A DNA stretch of 64,000 nucleotides from Gammaproteobacteria bacterium (GCA_026196275.1 JAPHTQ010000009.1:6092-70091), one strand, 5' to 3'. Numbered from the stretch's first letter, positions 1 to 13,294 are shown. Notes: generated by a model not told the origin, from the sequence alone. Made by a program: numbers and translations.

Positions 1-740
1 ACGCCAGCGCCTTCGTCACCCTGATGCGCGCCGCAGGGCTCCCGGCACGCATCGTGGCCGGCTACCAGGGGGGTGAATTCAATGAGCTGGGCGACTACCT
101 GATTGTGCGCCAGTCCAACGCCCACGCCTGGGCCGAGGTGTGGCTGCAGGAGCAGGGCTGGCTGCGAGTCGATCCCACCACGGCAGTGCCCGCCTCACGG
201 GTGGAGAGCAGCGTCGATGCCGCACGCTTTCAGTCCACCAGCAGCTTGGATGATGGCGCCGGTTTTGCCGCCCTGCGCAAACTCTACCGCCAGTTCCGCT
301 ACGGCTGGGATGCACTCAACCACAGCTGGAACCAGTGGGTGCTGGGCTTTGACCGGCAAAAACAGCTGGAGCTGCTGCGCAAGTTGGGGCTGCACACAGC
401 CTCCTGGGGTTGGCTTGCGGGCATCATGGTCGGACTGGTGATGGCGGTTGTCGCGCTCATTGCGCTGCTCACCCTGTTCCGCCGCCCGCCCCGGCGCGAT
501 CCGGTGGCCCGGCTCTATCAGCGCTTTTGCGACAAACTAGCAAAGGCGGGGCTGCCGCGTCAACTTGATGAGGGGCCGACCGACTTTGCCGCCAGGGTCA
601 GCGCTGCACGCCCGGAACTGGCTTCGGCAGTGCAGCGTATCAGCCAACTCTATATTCGCCTGCGCTATACCCGCCATGGCGGCACGCAGGATATCGAGTC
701 ACTGCGACGGCTGGTCAGGGAGTTTAAGGCACAGATTTAG
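1..740 (+). CDS. Transglutaminase-like (TgpA-type) membrane protein, C-terminal part; 5' end outside window
   Basis: Frame is open from the window edge to the stop at 738-740. The translation VRQSNAHAWAEVWLQEQGWLRVDPT looks like the His/Asp half of a transglutaminase core. A hydrophobic helix follows (WLAGIMVGLVMAVVALIALLTLF). Confidence 0.7.
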   Translation, partial: ASAFVTLMRAAGLPARIVAGYQGGEFNELGDYLIVRQSNAHAWAEVWLQEQGWLRVDPTTAVPASRVESSVDAARFQSTSSLDDGAGFAALRKLYRQFRYGWDALNHSWNQWVLGFDRQKQLELLRKLGLHTASWGWLAGIMVGLVMAVVALIALLTLFRRPPRRDPVARLYQRFCDKLAKAGLPRQLDEGPTDFAARVSAARPELASAVQRISQLYIRLRYTRHGGTQDIESLRRLVREFKAQI

Positions 741-815
741 CCACAGAGGTCACAGAGAACACTGGGACCGTGTCATTCGGGGATTTTCCTCTGTGATCCC
801 TGTGTCCTCTGTGGC
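740..815. repeat. REP-like inverted-repeat element, copy A (CACAGAG dialect)
   Basis: Left arm GCCACAGAGGTCACAGAGAACAC (740-762). Right arm TCCTCTGTGATCCCTGTGTCCTCTGTGGC (787-815) is its imperfect reverse complement. Confidence 0.8.
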
Positions 816-837
816 GAACACACTGATAGCAAAATCG

Positions 838-2187
838 CTATTTGCCGATACAGAAACTGGCAAATATCTTCCCCAACAGATCATCGGAGCTCACCTCGCC
901 GGTGATCTCGCCGAGCGCCTGCTGCGCCAGGCGCAGCTCCTCGGCCAGCAGCTCACCGCTGCCCTGCTGCAGCAGCTGGTCGCCGGTAACCAGGTTGGCG
1001 GCGGCCCGGGCCAGGGCATCGAGATGTCGGCGCCGCGCCATAAAACTCCCCTCGCCACTGCCCTGGTAGCCCATGCTCTGCTTCAGATAGTCGCGCAGCA
1101 GCTCCACCCCCTCGCCGGTCTTGGCCGAAAGACGTATCTCACTGCCCAGCTCGCCATCCAGTAACGCAGGCGGGTTCCCACTAAGGTCGGCCTTGTTGCG
1201 GATCACGGTGGTGGCCAGGCCGTGCGGCAGCCGCTTGAGGACCGCCCGCTCGTCGGCGGTGACGCCGCTGGTATCGTCCACCAGCAGCAGCAACCGATCG
1301 GCCTGCTCGATCTCACGCCAGGCTCGGCGGATCCCCTCCTGCTCCACCGCATCGGCGCTTTCTCGCAGGCCAGCAGTGTCGATAATATGCAGCGGCATGC
1401 CGTCGAGGTTGATCTGCTCGCGCAGCACATCGCGGGTAGTGCCGGCGATCTCGGTCACAATGGCCGACTCCTGACCGGCAAGCGCGTTGAGCAGGCTCGA
1501 CTTGCCGGCATTGGGCAGGCCGGCGAGCACCACGGTCATCCCCTCCTTGAGCAGCGAACCCTGTTGCGCCGCCTGCTGCACCGCGGCCAGTGATCCGCGG
1601 ATCGCATCGAGTCGGCGCTGTACCTCACCATCGGCGAGAAAGTCGATCTCCTCCTCGGGAAAATCGATCGCCGACTCCACATAGATACGCAGCTCGGTCA
1701 GCCGCTCCACCAGCTCATCGACCCGGGCGGAAAACTCACCGCGCAACGAGCGCAGCGCCGAACGCGCCGCCTGCTCACTGCTGGCATCGATGAGATCGGC
1801 GATCGCCTCGGCCTGGGCCAGGTCCAGCTTGTCATTAAGGAAGGCGCGTTCGGAGAATTCACCGGGGCGGGCCAGCCGCACGCCCAGCCGCTGCACCAGC
1901 GCCAGCAACCGGTCCATCACCACAGGACCGCCGTGGCCCTGCAGCTCCAGCACATCCTCGCCGGTAAAGGAGTGGGGGCCGGGGAAGAAGAGCGCGATCC
2001 CCTCATCCAGCACCTCACCCTCACCATCGCGAAACGGCAGATATTCGGCGTATCGCGGTTTCGGACAGTGGCCCAGGATCACCTCGGCACACTCGCGGCT
2101 CTTCGGCCCGGAGATGCGCACGATGCCGACCCCGCCCCGTCCCGTCGGGGTGGCTTGAGCGGCGATGCTATCGGTTGAATCGTTCAT
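838..2187 (-). CDS. mnmE: tRNA modification GTPase MnmE (TrmE)
   Basis: 449 aa with G-domain motifs [12 protein letters not shown] and DTAGLR, and the characteristic C-terminal FCIGK. Conserved position next to yidC. Confidence 0.95.
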   Translation of the reverse strand: MNDSTDSIAAQATPTGRGGVGIVRISGPKSRECAEVILGHCPKPRYAEYLPFRDGEGEVLDEGIALFFPGPHSFTGEDVLELQGHGGPVVMDRLLALVQRLGVRLARPGEFSERAFLNDKLDLAQAEAIADLIDASSEQAARSALRSLRGEFSARVDELVERLTELRIYVESAIDFPEEEIDFLADGEVQRRLDAIRGSLAAVQQAAQQGSLLKEGMTVVLAGLPNAGKSSLLNALAGQESAIVTEIAGTTRDVLREQINLDGMPLHIIDTAGLRESADAVEQEGIRRAWREIEQADRLLLLVDDTSGVTADERAVLKRLPHGLATTVIRNKADLSGNPPALLDGELGSEIRLSAKTGEGVELLRDYLKQSMGYQGSGEGSFMARRRHLDALARAAANLVTGDQLLQQGSGELLAEELRLAQQALGEITGEVSSDDLLGKIFASFCIGK

Positions 2188-2198
2188 GAAAATCTATT

Positions 2199-2337
2199 AT
2201 TCACCACAGAGGCGCGGAGCACACAGAGACAATCTGTAAATCATAGCGGCTGACAACTTCTCAAAAAAATGCGCGGGTCCCCTCAAGCACCCGCGCAATC
2301 GCTTTACTCCGTGTTCTCCGTGTCTCTGTGGTGATAA
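2199..2337. repeat. REP-like inverted-repeat element, copy B (hybrid dialect) enclosing the yidC terminator
   Basis: Left arm TTCACCACAGAGGCGCGGAGCACACAGAGAC (2199-2229). Right arm CTCCGTGTTCTCCGTGTCTCTGTGGTGATAA (2307-2337). Confidence 0.8.
2263..2296 (-). terminator. Rho-independent terminator after yidC
   Basis: Minus strand reads GCGCGGGT-GCTTGAGGGG-ACCCGCGC followed by TTTTTTT. Confidence 0.75.
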
Positions 2338-2339
2338 AT

Positions 2340-3986
2340 CTATTTATCTCCGATCACCACCCGGGTGATGTAGTACTGCTGGGCGATGGACAGCGTGTTG
2401 TTGACCACCCAGTAGAGCACCAGACCGGCGGGGAAGAACATAAAGAAGAAGGTGAAGGCGATCGGCAGGATCATCATCACCCGTGCCTGGATCGGGTCGA
2501 GCGGGGTCGGATTCAGCCGGTGCTGGATGAACATGGTGATACCCATCAGTACCGGCAGCACGAAGTAGGGATCCTTGATAGAGAGGTCCTGGATCCAGAA
2601 CATGAACGGCGCCTGGCGCATCTCCACACTCTCCAGCAACATCCAGTAGAGGGCGATGAAGACCGGGATCTGCACCAGTATCGGCAGACAGCCGCCGAGG
2701 GGATTGATCTTCTCCTCGCGGTACATCTTCATCATCGCCTCATTGAGCTTCTGCTTGTCGTCGCCGAAACGCTCCTTGAGCTGTTTCAGACGCGGCTGCA
2801 GCTTGCGCATCTGCGCCATCGACTTGTAGCTGGTCTCGGAGAGCTTGTAGAAGGCCGCCTTGATCATGATGGTGATGAGGATGATCGACCAGCCCCAGTT
2901 GCCGACAAAGCTGTGGATGAGTTCAAGCATCCAGAACAGCGGCTTGGCGATCACGGTGAGGAATCCGTAATCGACCGTCAGCTCAAGCCCCTTGGCCACC
3001 TCTTCGAGCTGGTCCTGCAGTTTCGGCCCGACATAGAGACGTGAGCTTATGCTCTGGCTCTCGCCGGGGGCGACGCTCATGGCCGGCGAGACCATCCCCA
3101 GGATGTAGCGATTGCCGCCCGGCGCCTTGCTGTAGTAGTTCGCGGCCTCTTCAGGTTTCGGCACCCAGGCGCTGAGGAAGTAGTGTTCAATCATCGCTGC
3201 CCAGCCGCCCTCGATATTGCGGCTCAGGGTCTCTTTGCGCATGTCATCGAAGGCGATCTTTTCGTACTTCTCCTCCTCGCTGTAGATCACACCACCGGTG
3301 TAGGTGTAGATAAACATCGATCCGGAGTCAGCCGGTTCGCCACGCTGCAGCTGGCGATAGAGATGGCCGTTCCACTGCTGGCCGCTCTGGTTATACACCT
3401 CGAAGTCGACATCGATGGTGTAGCTGCCGCGGTGGAAGGTGTAGATCTTGTCCACCCGCACGCCACTTTCATCGCTCCAGCTCAGACGTACCTCCAGGCT
3501 CTCCGCCCCTTCCGCCATGCGGTACTCACTTTTCTCGGCGTTGAACAGCTGATGGTGATTGGGCGCCGGGCTGTCACCTGCAGCGAGCAGGGCTGCCTGG
3601 GCGATATGAAATTCACTCTCATCATCCATCAGGCGGAACGGTTTGTCCGGCTGATCAACCGAGACCGGATACTCCAGCAGGTCGACCCGGCGCAGGTCAC
3701 CGCCGGTAGTGTCCAACTCGATATCATAGAGGTCGGTGGTAACGTGGATACGTTCGGCGCGTTTTGCCTGCGCAACCGGCGGGGCATCAGCCGGCGTGCT
3801 GCCGTCACTGGAAAGCGGCGCACTCGGCATGTCTTTTCTCACCGCCGATTCCGCCGAGGTGCCATCCACCGTCGCCGCTGCCTGATTTTCTGTCTGTGGC
3901 TGGCCGTAATCCTCCTGCCAGGCCTGCCACATTATCAGCAGGGTAAAGGAGAGTGCTGCTACAAGTATTAGTCTCTGGAAGTCCAT
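2340..3986 (-). CDS. yidC: Membrane protein insertase YidC
   Basis: 548 aa with an N-terminal TM, a large periplasmic domain and the conserved C-terminal 60-kDa insertase core (GCLPILVQIPVFIALYWML). Synteny with yidD-rnpA-rpmH. Confidence 0.95.
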   Translation of the reverse strand: MDFQRLILVAALSFTLLIMWQAWQEDYGQPQTENQAAATVDGTSAESAVRKDMPSAPLSSDGSTPADAPPVAQAKRAERIHVTTDLYDIELDTTGGDLRRVDLLEYPVSVDQPDKPFRLMDDESEFHIAQAALLAAGDSPAPNHHQLFNAEKSEYRMAEGAESLEVRLSWSDESGVRVDKIYTFHRGSYTIDVDFEVYNQSGQQWNGHLYRQLQRGEPADSGSMFIYTYTGGVIYSEEEKYEKIAFDDMRKETLSRNIEGGWAAMIEHYFLSAWVPKPEEAANYYSKAPGGNRYILGMVSPAMSVAPGESQSISSRLYVGPKLQDQLEEVAKGLELTVDYGFLTVIAKPLFWMLELIHSFVGNWGWSIILITIMIKAAFYKLSETSYKSMAQMRKLQPRLKQLKERFGDDKQKLNEAMMKMYREEKINPLGGCLPILVQIPVFIALYWMLLESVEMRQAPFMFWIQDLSIKDPYFVLPVLMGITMFIQHRLNPTPLDPIQARVMMILPIAFTFFFMFFPAGLVLYWVVNNTLSIAQQYYITRVVIGDK

Positions 3987-3989
3987 GGC

Positions 3990-4226
3990 TCAATCTTTGT
4001 GATAAAGGTGTTCGGTACCCGGGACGGGGTCGATTCCGCCCTTGTGCCAGGGATGGCAACGGGATATACGGCGCGCGCCCAGCCAGGTGCCGCGCAGGGC
4101 GCCGTGGCGGATGATCGCCTCTTCGGTATAGTGGGAGCAGGTAGGGTAAAAGCGGCACTGGCCGCCCACAAAGGGGCTCAGGATCAGGCGATAGCCCTTG
4201 ATCAGCAGAATCAGGATTTTTCGCAT
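3990..4226 (-). CDS. yidD: Membrane protein insertion efficiency factor YidD
   Basis: 78 aa containing CRFYPTCSHY and the GxxRxxRCHPWH motif typical of YidD. Confidence 0.9.
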   Translation of the reverse strand: MRKILILLIKGYRLILSPFVGGQCRFYPTCSHYTEEAIIRHGALRGTWLGARRISRCHPWHKGGIDPVPGTEHLYHKD

Positions 4227-4603
4227 CGCTCAGCCAACTCTTGCCAGTATTTGTCCAGAAGTCGCCGCAGTTCGTCGCGCTTCAATCGCTCAACGCCCGG
4301 TTTTCCCAGTACCACCACATCGAAGTGGCCGATTATATCCTGATGCAGGCGAAAACTCTCTCTCACCTGCCGCTTGATCAGATTGCGACCGACGGCCGTT
4401 TTGACATGTTTGCGTGAGATAGCCAGACCCAGGCGCGGATGGCCGAGGTCATTGGTTCTGGCCAATATTGTCAGATACTGACCACCGAGTTTACAGGCCT
4501 TGGTGAAAACTCGTTTAAAATCATCCGGTTTCAGCAACCGGAGGCTGCGGGTAAAACACCCCGGCCCGTTCGGGCCAGGGGAATTACCGGCAGTATCAGG
4601 CAA
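4211..4603 (-). CDS. rnpA: Ribonuclease P protein component
   Basis: 130 aa basic protein containing RLGLAISRKHVKTAVGRNLIKRQVRE (RNR-like motif). Lies between rpmH and yidD. The exact start is uncertain. Confidence 0.85.
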   Translation of the reverse strand: MPDTAGNSPGPNGPGCFTRSLRLLKPDDFKRVFTKACKLGGQYLTILARTNDLGHPRLGLAISRKHVKTAVGRNLIKRQVRESFRLHQDIIGHFDVVVLGKPGVERLKRDELRRLLDKYWQELAERCEKS

Positions 4604-4612
4604 CGTACAGGA

Positions 4613-4747
4613 TCAGGCTGACAGGCGGGCACGGCCCTTGGCGCGGCGGGCCTTGATGACCTTGCGACCACCTACGGTACTCATGCGAGCGCGAAAACCG
4701 TGGGCACGGGCACGCTTGATACGACTGGGCTGAAAAGTTCTTTTCAT
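4613..4747 (-). CDS. rpmH: 50S ribosomal protein L34
   Basis: Not in the ORF track because it is under 60 aa. My translation of the minus strand gives [44 protein letters not shown], 44 aa plus stop. Confidence 0.95.
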   Translation of the reverse strand: MKRTFQPSRIKRARAHGFRARMSTVGGRKVIKARRAKGRARLSA

Positions 4748-4873
4748 GACAGCAACGTCCGGTTAAATATTCAACAAAACACCCCTTTTACCGGGGCGGG
4801 AAAAGTCGGCCACAATACTGCGTCGGAGCCTAATCTGTCAATAGCTTATCGCTGGTTTTCTCGCACAGGGGGT

Positions 4874-4882
4874 TGTGGATAA
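4874..4882. promoter_or_regulatory. Consensus DnaA box upstream of dnaA
   Basis: TGTGGATAA is the reverse complement of TTATCCACA. It lies 67 bp upstream of the dnaA ATG. Confidence 0.7.
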
Positions 4883-4948
4883 CTTTTCCCAATGGCTGTA
4901 GACTCCATCCTTTCTGCTTTTCATTTCCGTTCATATTGAGGTAACGCG

Positions 4949-6310
4949 ATGAGCATCGCGCTTTGGAGCCAGTGTCTTGCCCGGCTTGAGGATGAATTGA
5001 GTCCGCAGCAATACAATACCTGGATCCGTCCGCTGCAGGCGGAGATGGTCGATAACACCCTGCGTCTGCTCTCACCCAACCGCTTTGTTCAGGACTGGGT
5101 TACCCAGCGCTTCCGCGAACGGATCGTCGAGATGCTCAACCAGATGAGCGAGGCAGAACCTCCCCAGCTGGTCTTCGAGGTGGGCAGTATCGCCCCCGCC
5201 GTGCCTCAGCCGGCCGCCGCTCCGGCGGTACCGGAGCCGGCACCGGTCACTGCTGCCCAGTTACAGCAGACGATGAAGAAAAACTCGCAGCAGGCGCGCA
5301 CCAATCCCCTCTTCTCCTTCAACAACTTTGTTGAGGGCAAGTCCAACCAGCTGGCCCGCGCCGCCTCGATGCAGGTCGCCGAAAACCCCGGCACCGCCTA
5401 CAATCCGTTGTTTATCTATGGCGGGGTCGGTCTGGGTAAAACCCACCTGATGCATGCGGTAGGCAACATGATCATGGAACGCCAGCCCGGAGCCAAGGTG
5501 ATCTACCTTCACTCGGAGCGTTTTGTCGCCGATATGGTCAAGGCGCTGCAGCATAACGCGATCAACGAATTCAAGCGCTACTATCGCTCGGTCGACGCAC
5601 TGCTTATCGACGATATCCAGTTCTTCGCCGGCAAGGAGCGCTCCCAGGAGGAGTTTTTCCATACCTTCAACGCCCTGCTTGAGGGCCAGCGTCAGGTTAT
5701 CCTCACCTGCGATCGCTATCCCAAGGAGGTTAACGGCCTGGAGGAGCGACTCAAGTCCCGCTTTGGCTGGGGCCTGACCGTGGCTATCGAGCCGCCCGAA
5801 CTGGAGACCCGTGTCGCGATCCTGATGAGCAAGGCGGTTCAGGCCGATGTAGACCTACCCCATGAAGTCGCCTTTTTCATTGCCAAGCGCATCCGTTCCA
5901 ACATCCGAGAACTGGAGGGTGCGCTACGACGGGTTATCGCCAATGCCCATTTTACCGGACGTCCCATCACCCTGGATTTTGCCAAAGAGGCGCTACGCGA
6001 CCTGTTGGCCCTGCAGGCCAAACTGGTAACCATTGAAAATATACAGAAAACGGTCGCTGAGTATTACAAGATCCGTGTCGCTGATCTATTATCGAAACGT
6101 CGTAACCGCTCCATTGCCCGGCCGCGGCAAATCGCCATGGCGCTGGCCAAGGAGTTGACCAACCACAGCCTCCCCGAGATCGGGGATGCCTTCGGTGGCC
6201 GCGACCACACGACGGTGATGCACGCCTGCAAGAAGGTGGTGGAACTCAAGGAGAGCGATCAGATGATTAGTGAGGACTATGCAAACCTGTTAAGAATACT
6301 GACAACATGA
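4949..6310 (+). CDS. dnaA: Chromosomal replication initiator DnaA
   Basis: 453 aa with AAA+ Walker [11 protein letters not shown] and the C-terminal DNA-binding signature [11 protein letters not shown]. Confidence 0.97.
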   Translation: MSIALWSQCLARLEDELSPQQYNTWIRPLQAEMVDNTLRLLSPNRFVQDWVTQRFRERIVEMLNQMSEAEPPQLVFEVGSIAPAVPQPAAAPAVPEPAPVTAAQLQQTMKKNSQQARTNPLFSFNNFVEGKSNQLARAASMQVAENPGTAYNPLFIYGGVGLGKTHLMHAVGNMIMERQPGAKVIYLHSERFVADMVKALQHNAINEFKRYYRSVDALLIDDIQFFAGKERSQEEFFHTFNALLEGQRQVILTCDRYPKEVNGLEERLKSRFGWGLTVAIEPPELETRVAILMSKAVQADVDLPHEVAFFIAKRIRSNIRELEGALRRVIANAHFTGRPITLDFAKEALRDLLALQAKLVTIENIQKTVAEYYKIRVADLLSKRRNRSIARPRQIAMALAKELTNHSLPEIGDAFGGRDHTTVMHACKKVVELKESDQMISEDYANLLRILTT

Positions 6311-6321
6311 TGTGTGCAAGC

Positions 6322-6535
6322 TGTGGATAAAACGGTGGATAATTATTCGGCCAAAACTGTGGACAACTTGTCCACAGGATATCAGGATCCTAACCGCCCC
6401 TGTTATACGCTTGAAAATTATCTGTAATGTATTGAAAATTAAATAAAATATAAGAGTTAACCACAGCTTTGCTGCTCAGTAATAATAACAACAGGTTTTA
6501 TATATATACTATCTATAATAGATAACGGGATGTGT
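6322..6535. promoter_or_regulatory. DnaA-box cluster plus AT-rich tract (candidate oriC/DUE or dnaN control region)
   Basis: Four boxes: TGTGGATAA 6322-6330, GGTGGATAA 6334-6342, TGTGGACAA 6358-6366 and inverted TTGTCCACA 6368-6376. About 120 bp of strongly AT-rich sequence follows (6410-6530). Confidence 0.55.
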
Positions 6536-6539
6536 ACAG

Positions 6540-7640
6540 ATGAAATTCAAGATCTCGCGTGAAGCCCTGCTCAAGCCTCTACAGGTTGTTAGTGGTGTGG
6601 TTGAAAAACGTCAGACCCTACCGATACTTTCCAATGTGCTGGTTTGTATCGAATCTGATCGCTTAACCATGACGGGTACCGATCTGGAAGTGGAACTTAC
6701 TGCCTCCGCTCCACTGCAAGGGGCCGAATCGGGTGAGATCACTCTGCCGGCACGCAAATTCATGGATATCTGTAAAAGTCTGCCTGATGGTGCCGAACTG
6801 GACATCTCCATCGATGCACAGCGTGCTCTAATCCGTTCCGGCAAGAGCCGTTTTACCCTTGCCACTCTGCCAGCCAACGATTTTCCGGCCACAGAAAAGG
6901 TTACCGGCGCACGTGAGTACTCACTTCAGCAGTCAATCCTGAAACATCTGATAGAACAGACCCATTTCTGCATGGCCAACCAGGATGTCCGTTACTACCT
7001 GAATGGTCTGCTGCTTGAACTGCGACAGAATGCCATTCGTGCAGTCGCCACAGATGGACACCGCCTCGCCCTGAGCGAGGCCAGTCTCGACCTTGTTCCC
7101 GGGGACATTAACCAGATCATTCTGCCACGCAAGGGTGTCTCCGAACTTTCTCGTCTGCTCTCCGACGGCGATCAGGGTTGTAATATCCAGCTCAATGCCA
7201 ATTTTATCCGTGTCGACTTGGGGGAGATCGTCTTTACTTCCAAACTCATCGATGGTCGTTTCCCTGACTATGATCGTGTCATCCCCAAGGGTGGTGACAA
7301 AATCGTCAAGGCAAACCGTGAGAACCTTCGTCAGGGTCTGCTTCGCGCCTCGATCCTCTCCAACGAAAAATACCGGGGTGTTCGCCTTAATTTTGCCGAC
7401 AACATGCTTCGCGCTACGGTCAATAATCCGGAGCAGGAAGAGGCACAGGAAGAGCTGGATGTCAGCTACAGCGGAGAGGAGATCGAGATCGGCTTCAACG
7501 TCTCCTATCTGGTCGACGCGCTGAACGCGATCAAACAGGATGAGGTGGAAATTATCCTTATCGACGCGAACAGCAGTTGTCTTATCCACGGAGAGGGAGA
7601 TGACTCCTCTCGTTACGTCGTCATGCCGATGCGGCTCTAG
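6540..7640 (+). CDS. dnaN: DNA polymerase III beta sliding clamp
   Basis: 366 aa starting MKFKISREALLKPLQVVSGVVE and ending YVVMPMRL, the canonical clamp termini. Confidence 0.97.
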   Translation: MKFKISREALLKPLQVVSGVVEKRQTLPILSNVLVCIESDRLTMTGTDLEVELTASAPLQGAESGEITLPARKFMDICKSLPDGAELDISIDAQRALIRSGKSRFTLATLPANDFPATEKVTGAREYSLQQSILKHLIEQTHFCMANQDVRYYLNGLLLELRQNAIRAVATDGHRLALSEASLDLVPGDINQIILPRKGVSELSRLLSDGDQGCNIQLNANFIRVDLGEIVFTSKLIDGRFPDYDRVIPKGGDKIVKANRENLRQGLLRASILSNEKYRGVRLNFADNMLRATVNNPEQEEAQEELDVSYSGEEIEIGFNVSYLVDALNAIKQDEVEIILIDANSSCLIHGEGDDSSRYVVMPMRL

Positions 7641-7651
7641 TCCCAAACCTT

Positions 7652-11159
<3,508 letters not shown>

Positions 11160-11166
11160 AGGGAAT

Positions 11167-11365
11167 ATTCACCGCAAAGGGCCGCTCAATGGCATCCTGC
11201 CATCGCGGCACTTGCACATCCATTTGCATCGCGCAGAGGCGCGAAAAAACGCTTGGTATTTCGGACTAGTGTCGGGGAAGGGTGTCAGTATCTAAGGTGA
11301 AGCGGGTTTGCTAGCGCTTACATACCTGCCCTGACACCCTTTGCGTCTCCACGCCTTTGCGGTGA
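11167..11365. repeat. REP-like inverted-repeat element, copy C (CGCAAAG dialect, left arm interrupted)
   Basis: Left arm ATTCACCGCAAAGG (11167-), resuming as GCGCAGAGGCGCGAAA at about 11231. Right arm CCCTTTGCGTCTCCACGCCTTTGCGGTGAAT ends about 11367. There is an inner 11-bp inverted repeat AAGGGTGTCAG/CTGACACCCTT. Confidence 0.7.
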
Positions 11366-13290
11366 ATCGGGTAGCCGGAGGTCTCTAACCTCCAGCCCCC
11401 ACAACACCCTGCATGCGGCTCCGCACAGGGCGTTTCACTCAGAGTAGTGAAGCTTGACCCAACCATCGCGTAATGAATAAAGCCCTTGGGATTTCAGATA
11501 GGCATTAGACAGCGCCTGCTGGATCCCTGGTGTCTTTGAACTACGCCATGGGCCTTTGCTGGTGATCCCGCACGCCACTGCGGCACGTACATGCACGCCA
11601 CGCTTCATCAAGTTTCTTACCTTGGTTCGTGGCTTTCGCCACTGGCGCCAGTAGGCCATCCTCACTCTGCGTCGGATCCAGTGATCCAGTTCCACACAAC
11701 GTTGATAGCCGCTGGCGATCCCAAAGTAATTGATCCAGCCGCGTAGATATTGGCTGAGCTTGAAAAGCTGGTATTTCATCGACACACCCCAGTTGCGGTT
11801 GGTGAGCCGCCGTACTTGCTGCTTGAACTTCTTCAGCGAGTTCGGGTGCCATTGAATGCGTGTCCCCTGAAATGTAAATCCAAGAAACTTGCTTTCGTTG
11901 GTTTTCACCACATGGCTTTTGGTTGTGTTGACCACCAGTTTCAGACGGTCTTGCAGGAACCTGCTGATGCTACGCAGCACCCGTTCTGCGGCACGTTGAC
12001 TCTTTACGAGGATCGTAAAGTCGTCCGCGTACCGGGCAAACCTGTGACCGCGTCGCCCCAGTTCTTTGTCCAGTGGATCGAGCATGATGTTCGCCAGTAG
12101 CGGTGACAGTGGGCCACCTTGGGGAACGCCTTCATGCGATGCCATGTAGAACCGGTTATCGATAACCCCGGCTCGTAGATAGCGTTTAATCAGTCTCAGT
12201 AGACGCTTGTCCTTCACCTTGCGGCCAAGGAATGTCATCAGCAGATCATGATTAACCCGGTCAAAGAACTTCGACAGATCGGCATCCACCGCATAACGGC
12301 GTCCTTCCTTGATGATGCCTTGTACCTGTTTGACCGCTTGCTGCCCATTTCGGCCCGGTCGAAACCCGAAGCTGTGCTCTGAGAATTCGGGGTCGAAGAT
12401 GGGCGTCAGGACTTGGGCGATGGCTTGCTGGATCACCCGGTCGGTGACGGTGGGAATACCCAGTTGGCGAGTGCCGCCATCAGGCTTTTCAATCTCCACT
12501 CGCTTGACCGGTGAGGGTTGGTACTGCCCTGTTTCCAGTTCAGTGACAACCCGCTTCCAGTGGCCGGATTTTGCCCATGCGGGGAATTCTTCAATGGTCA
12601 TCCCATCAATCCCCGCTGCCCCTTTGTTGGCTCGAACCCGTTGCCACGCCGCGAGGATATTGTCGCGGTGCAGGACGCGTTCGAGAAGGTCATTGCTAAA
12701 GGCTGGCTTCGTGTCACTACGCTGAGTCACGTCACTGCCGGTCGGCATTCGTGTGTTCAAGTGTGGCAAGGCTCCTCCTTTCTCTAAGTATTCGGCCCTT
12801 CACCCTGTCTCACCCATTACGGTGAGCTTTTGGCTACTATGGCCTCTGCTGACTTCTGCTTAATCACTCGACCGGTTGCCCGGCCAAGCGCTATCGGTTT
12901 CCATCTATTCGCTCTCCCTTGGCGATGGAATCAAGGGAGTCAAGGCACTTTTAGACCAGGGCCTCACTGGTTATCTGCCGATCGCTGGTTAAGCAGATCT
13001 CCCCAGATAAGAGCATGTACTTTCACTGCACTGCTGCATCATTTACGGTGGCCGTTAGATCACATGGCTTCGATGTCTTGTGCCATCTCGCCTCCAGCCT
13101 ACGCCTCATATGATGTTCTTGTTCATCAGCTCGCAGTTTTGCGTCCGGCTTCCTTCAGACCGCCCCTCGCGGGTTGGCCCTTGCCATTCGCTAGTAGTTA
13201 TCATCTAATAACGACATAAGCCGCTAAGGATGGTGACCTTCCTACAGAGGACTTTCACCTCATTAGTTCATGCCCATGCTGGGCGTACAC
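11366..13290 (-). mobile_element. Group II intron, bacterial class C (IIC)-like, with intron-encoded RT
   Basis: The minus-strand 5' end GTGTACGCCCAGCATGGG...GGTGAAAGTCC starts at 13290, right after the fbp terminator. Domain V (11403-11434) has a CGC triad, and domain VI has a bulged A at 11372. The RT ORF sits in domain IV. Boundaries are good to about 5 nt. Confidence 0.8.
11435..12769 (-). CDS. Group II intron reverse transcriptase/maturase (no endonuclease domain)
   Basis: 444 aa with RT motifs including RYADDFTILV and a maturase X-type region YLRGWINYFG. No HNH extension. Confidence 0.9.
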   Translation of the reverse strand: MPHLNTRMPTGSDVTQRSDTKPAFSNDLLERVLHRDNILAAWQRVRANKGAAGIDGMTIEEFPAWAKSGHWKRVVTELETGQYQPSPVKRVEIEKPDGGTRQLGIPTVTDRVIQQAIAQVLTPIFDPEFSEHSFGFRPGRNGQQAVKQVQGIIKEGRRYAVDADLSKFFDRVNHDLLMTFLGRKVKDKRLLRLIKRYLRAGVIDNRFYMASHEGVPQGGPLSPLLANIMLDPLDKELGRRGHRFARYADDFTILVKSQRAAERVLRSISRFLQDRLKLVVNTTKSHVVKTNESKFLGFTFQGTRIQWHPNSLKKFKQQVRRLTNRNWGVSMKYQLFKLSQYLRGWINYFGIASGYQRCVELDHWIRRRVRMAYWRQWRKPRTKVRNLMKRGVHVRAAVACGITSKGPWRSSKTPGIQQALSNAYLKSQGLYSLRDGWVKLHYSE

Positions 13291-13294
13291 AAAT

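Noticed and set aside
4748-4948. The rpmH-dnaA spacer considered as oriC (the pseudomonad-type location).
   Set aside because: It has only one consensus DnaA box and no marked AT-rich tract. The dnaA-dnaN spacer is the better candidate, although neither can be confirmed without GC-skew data.
11435-12769. Whether the reverse transcriptase is a retron, DGR or Abi-type defence RT.
   Set aside because: It has a maturase X-type C-terminus and is embedded in RNA with recognisable group II domains V and VI and a GUGUA... 5' end. There is no adjacent msr/msd-like repeat pair and no effector gene.
12830-13219. A 129-aa plus-strand ORF between the RT gene and fbp.
   Set aside because: It lies antisense to the intron's 5' ribozyme domains (I-III). 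No RBS or motif is present.
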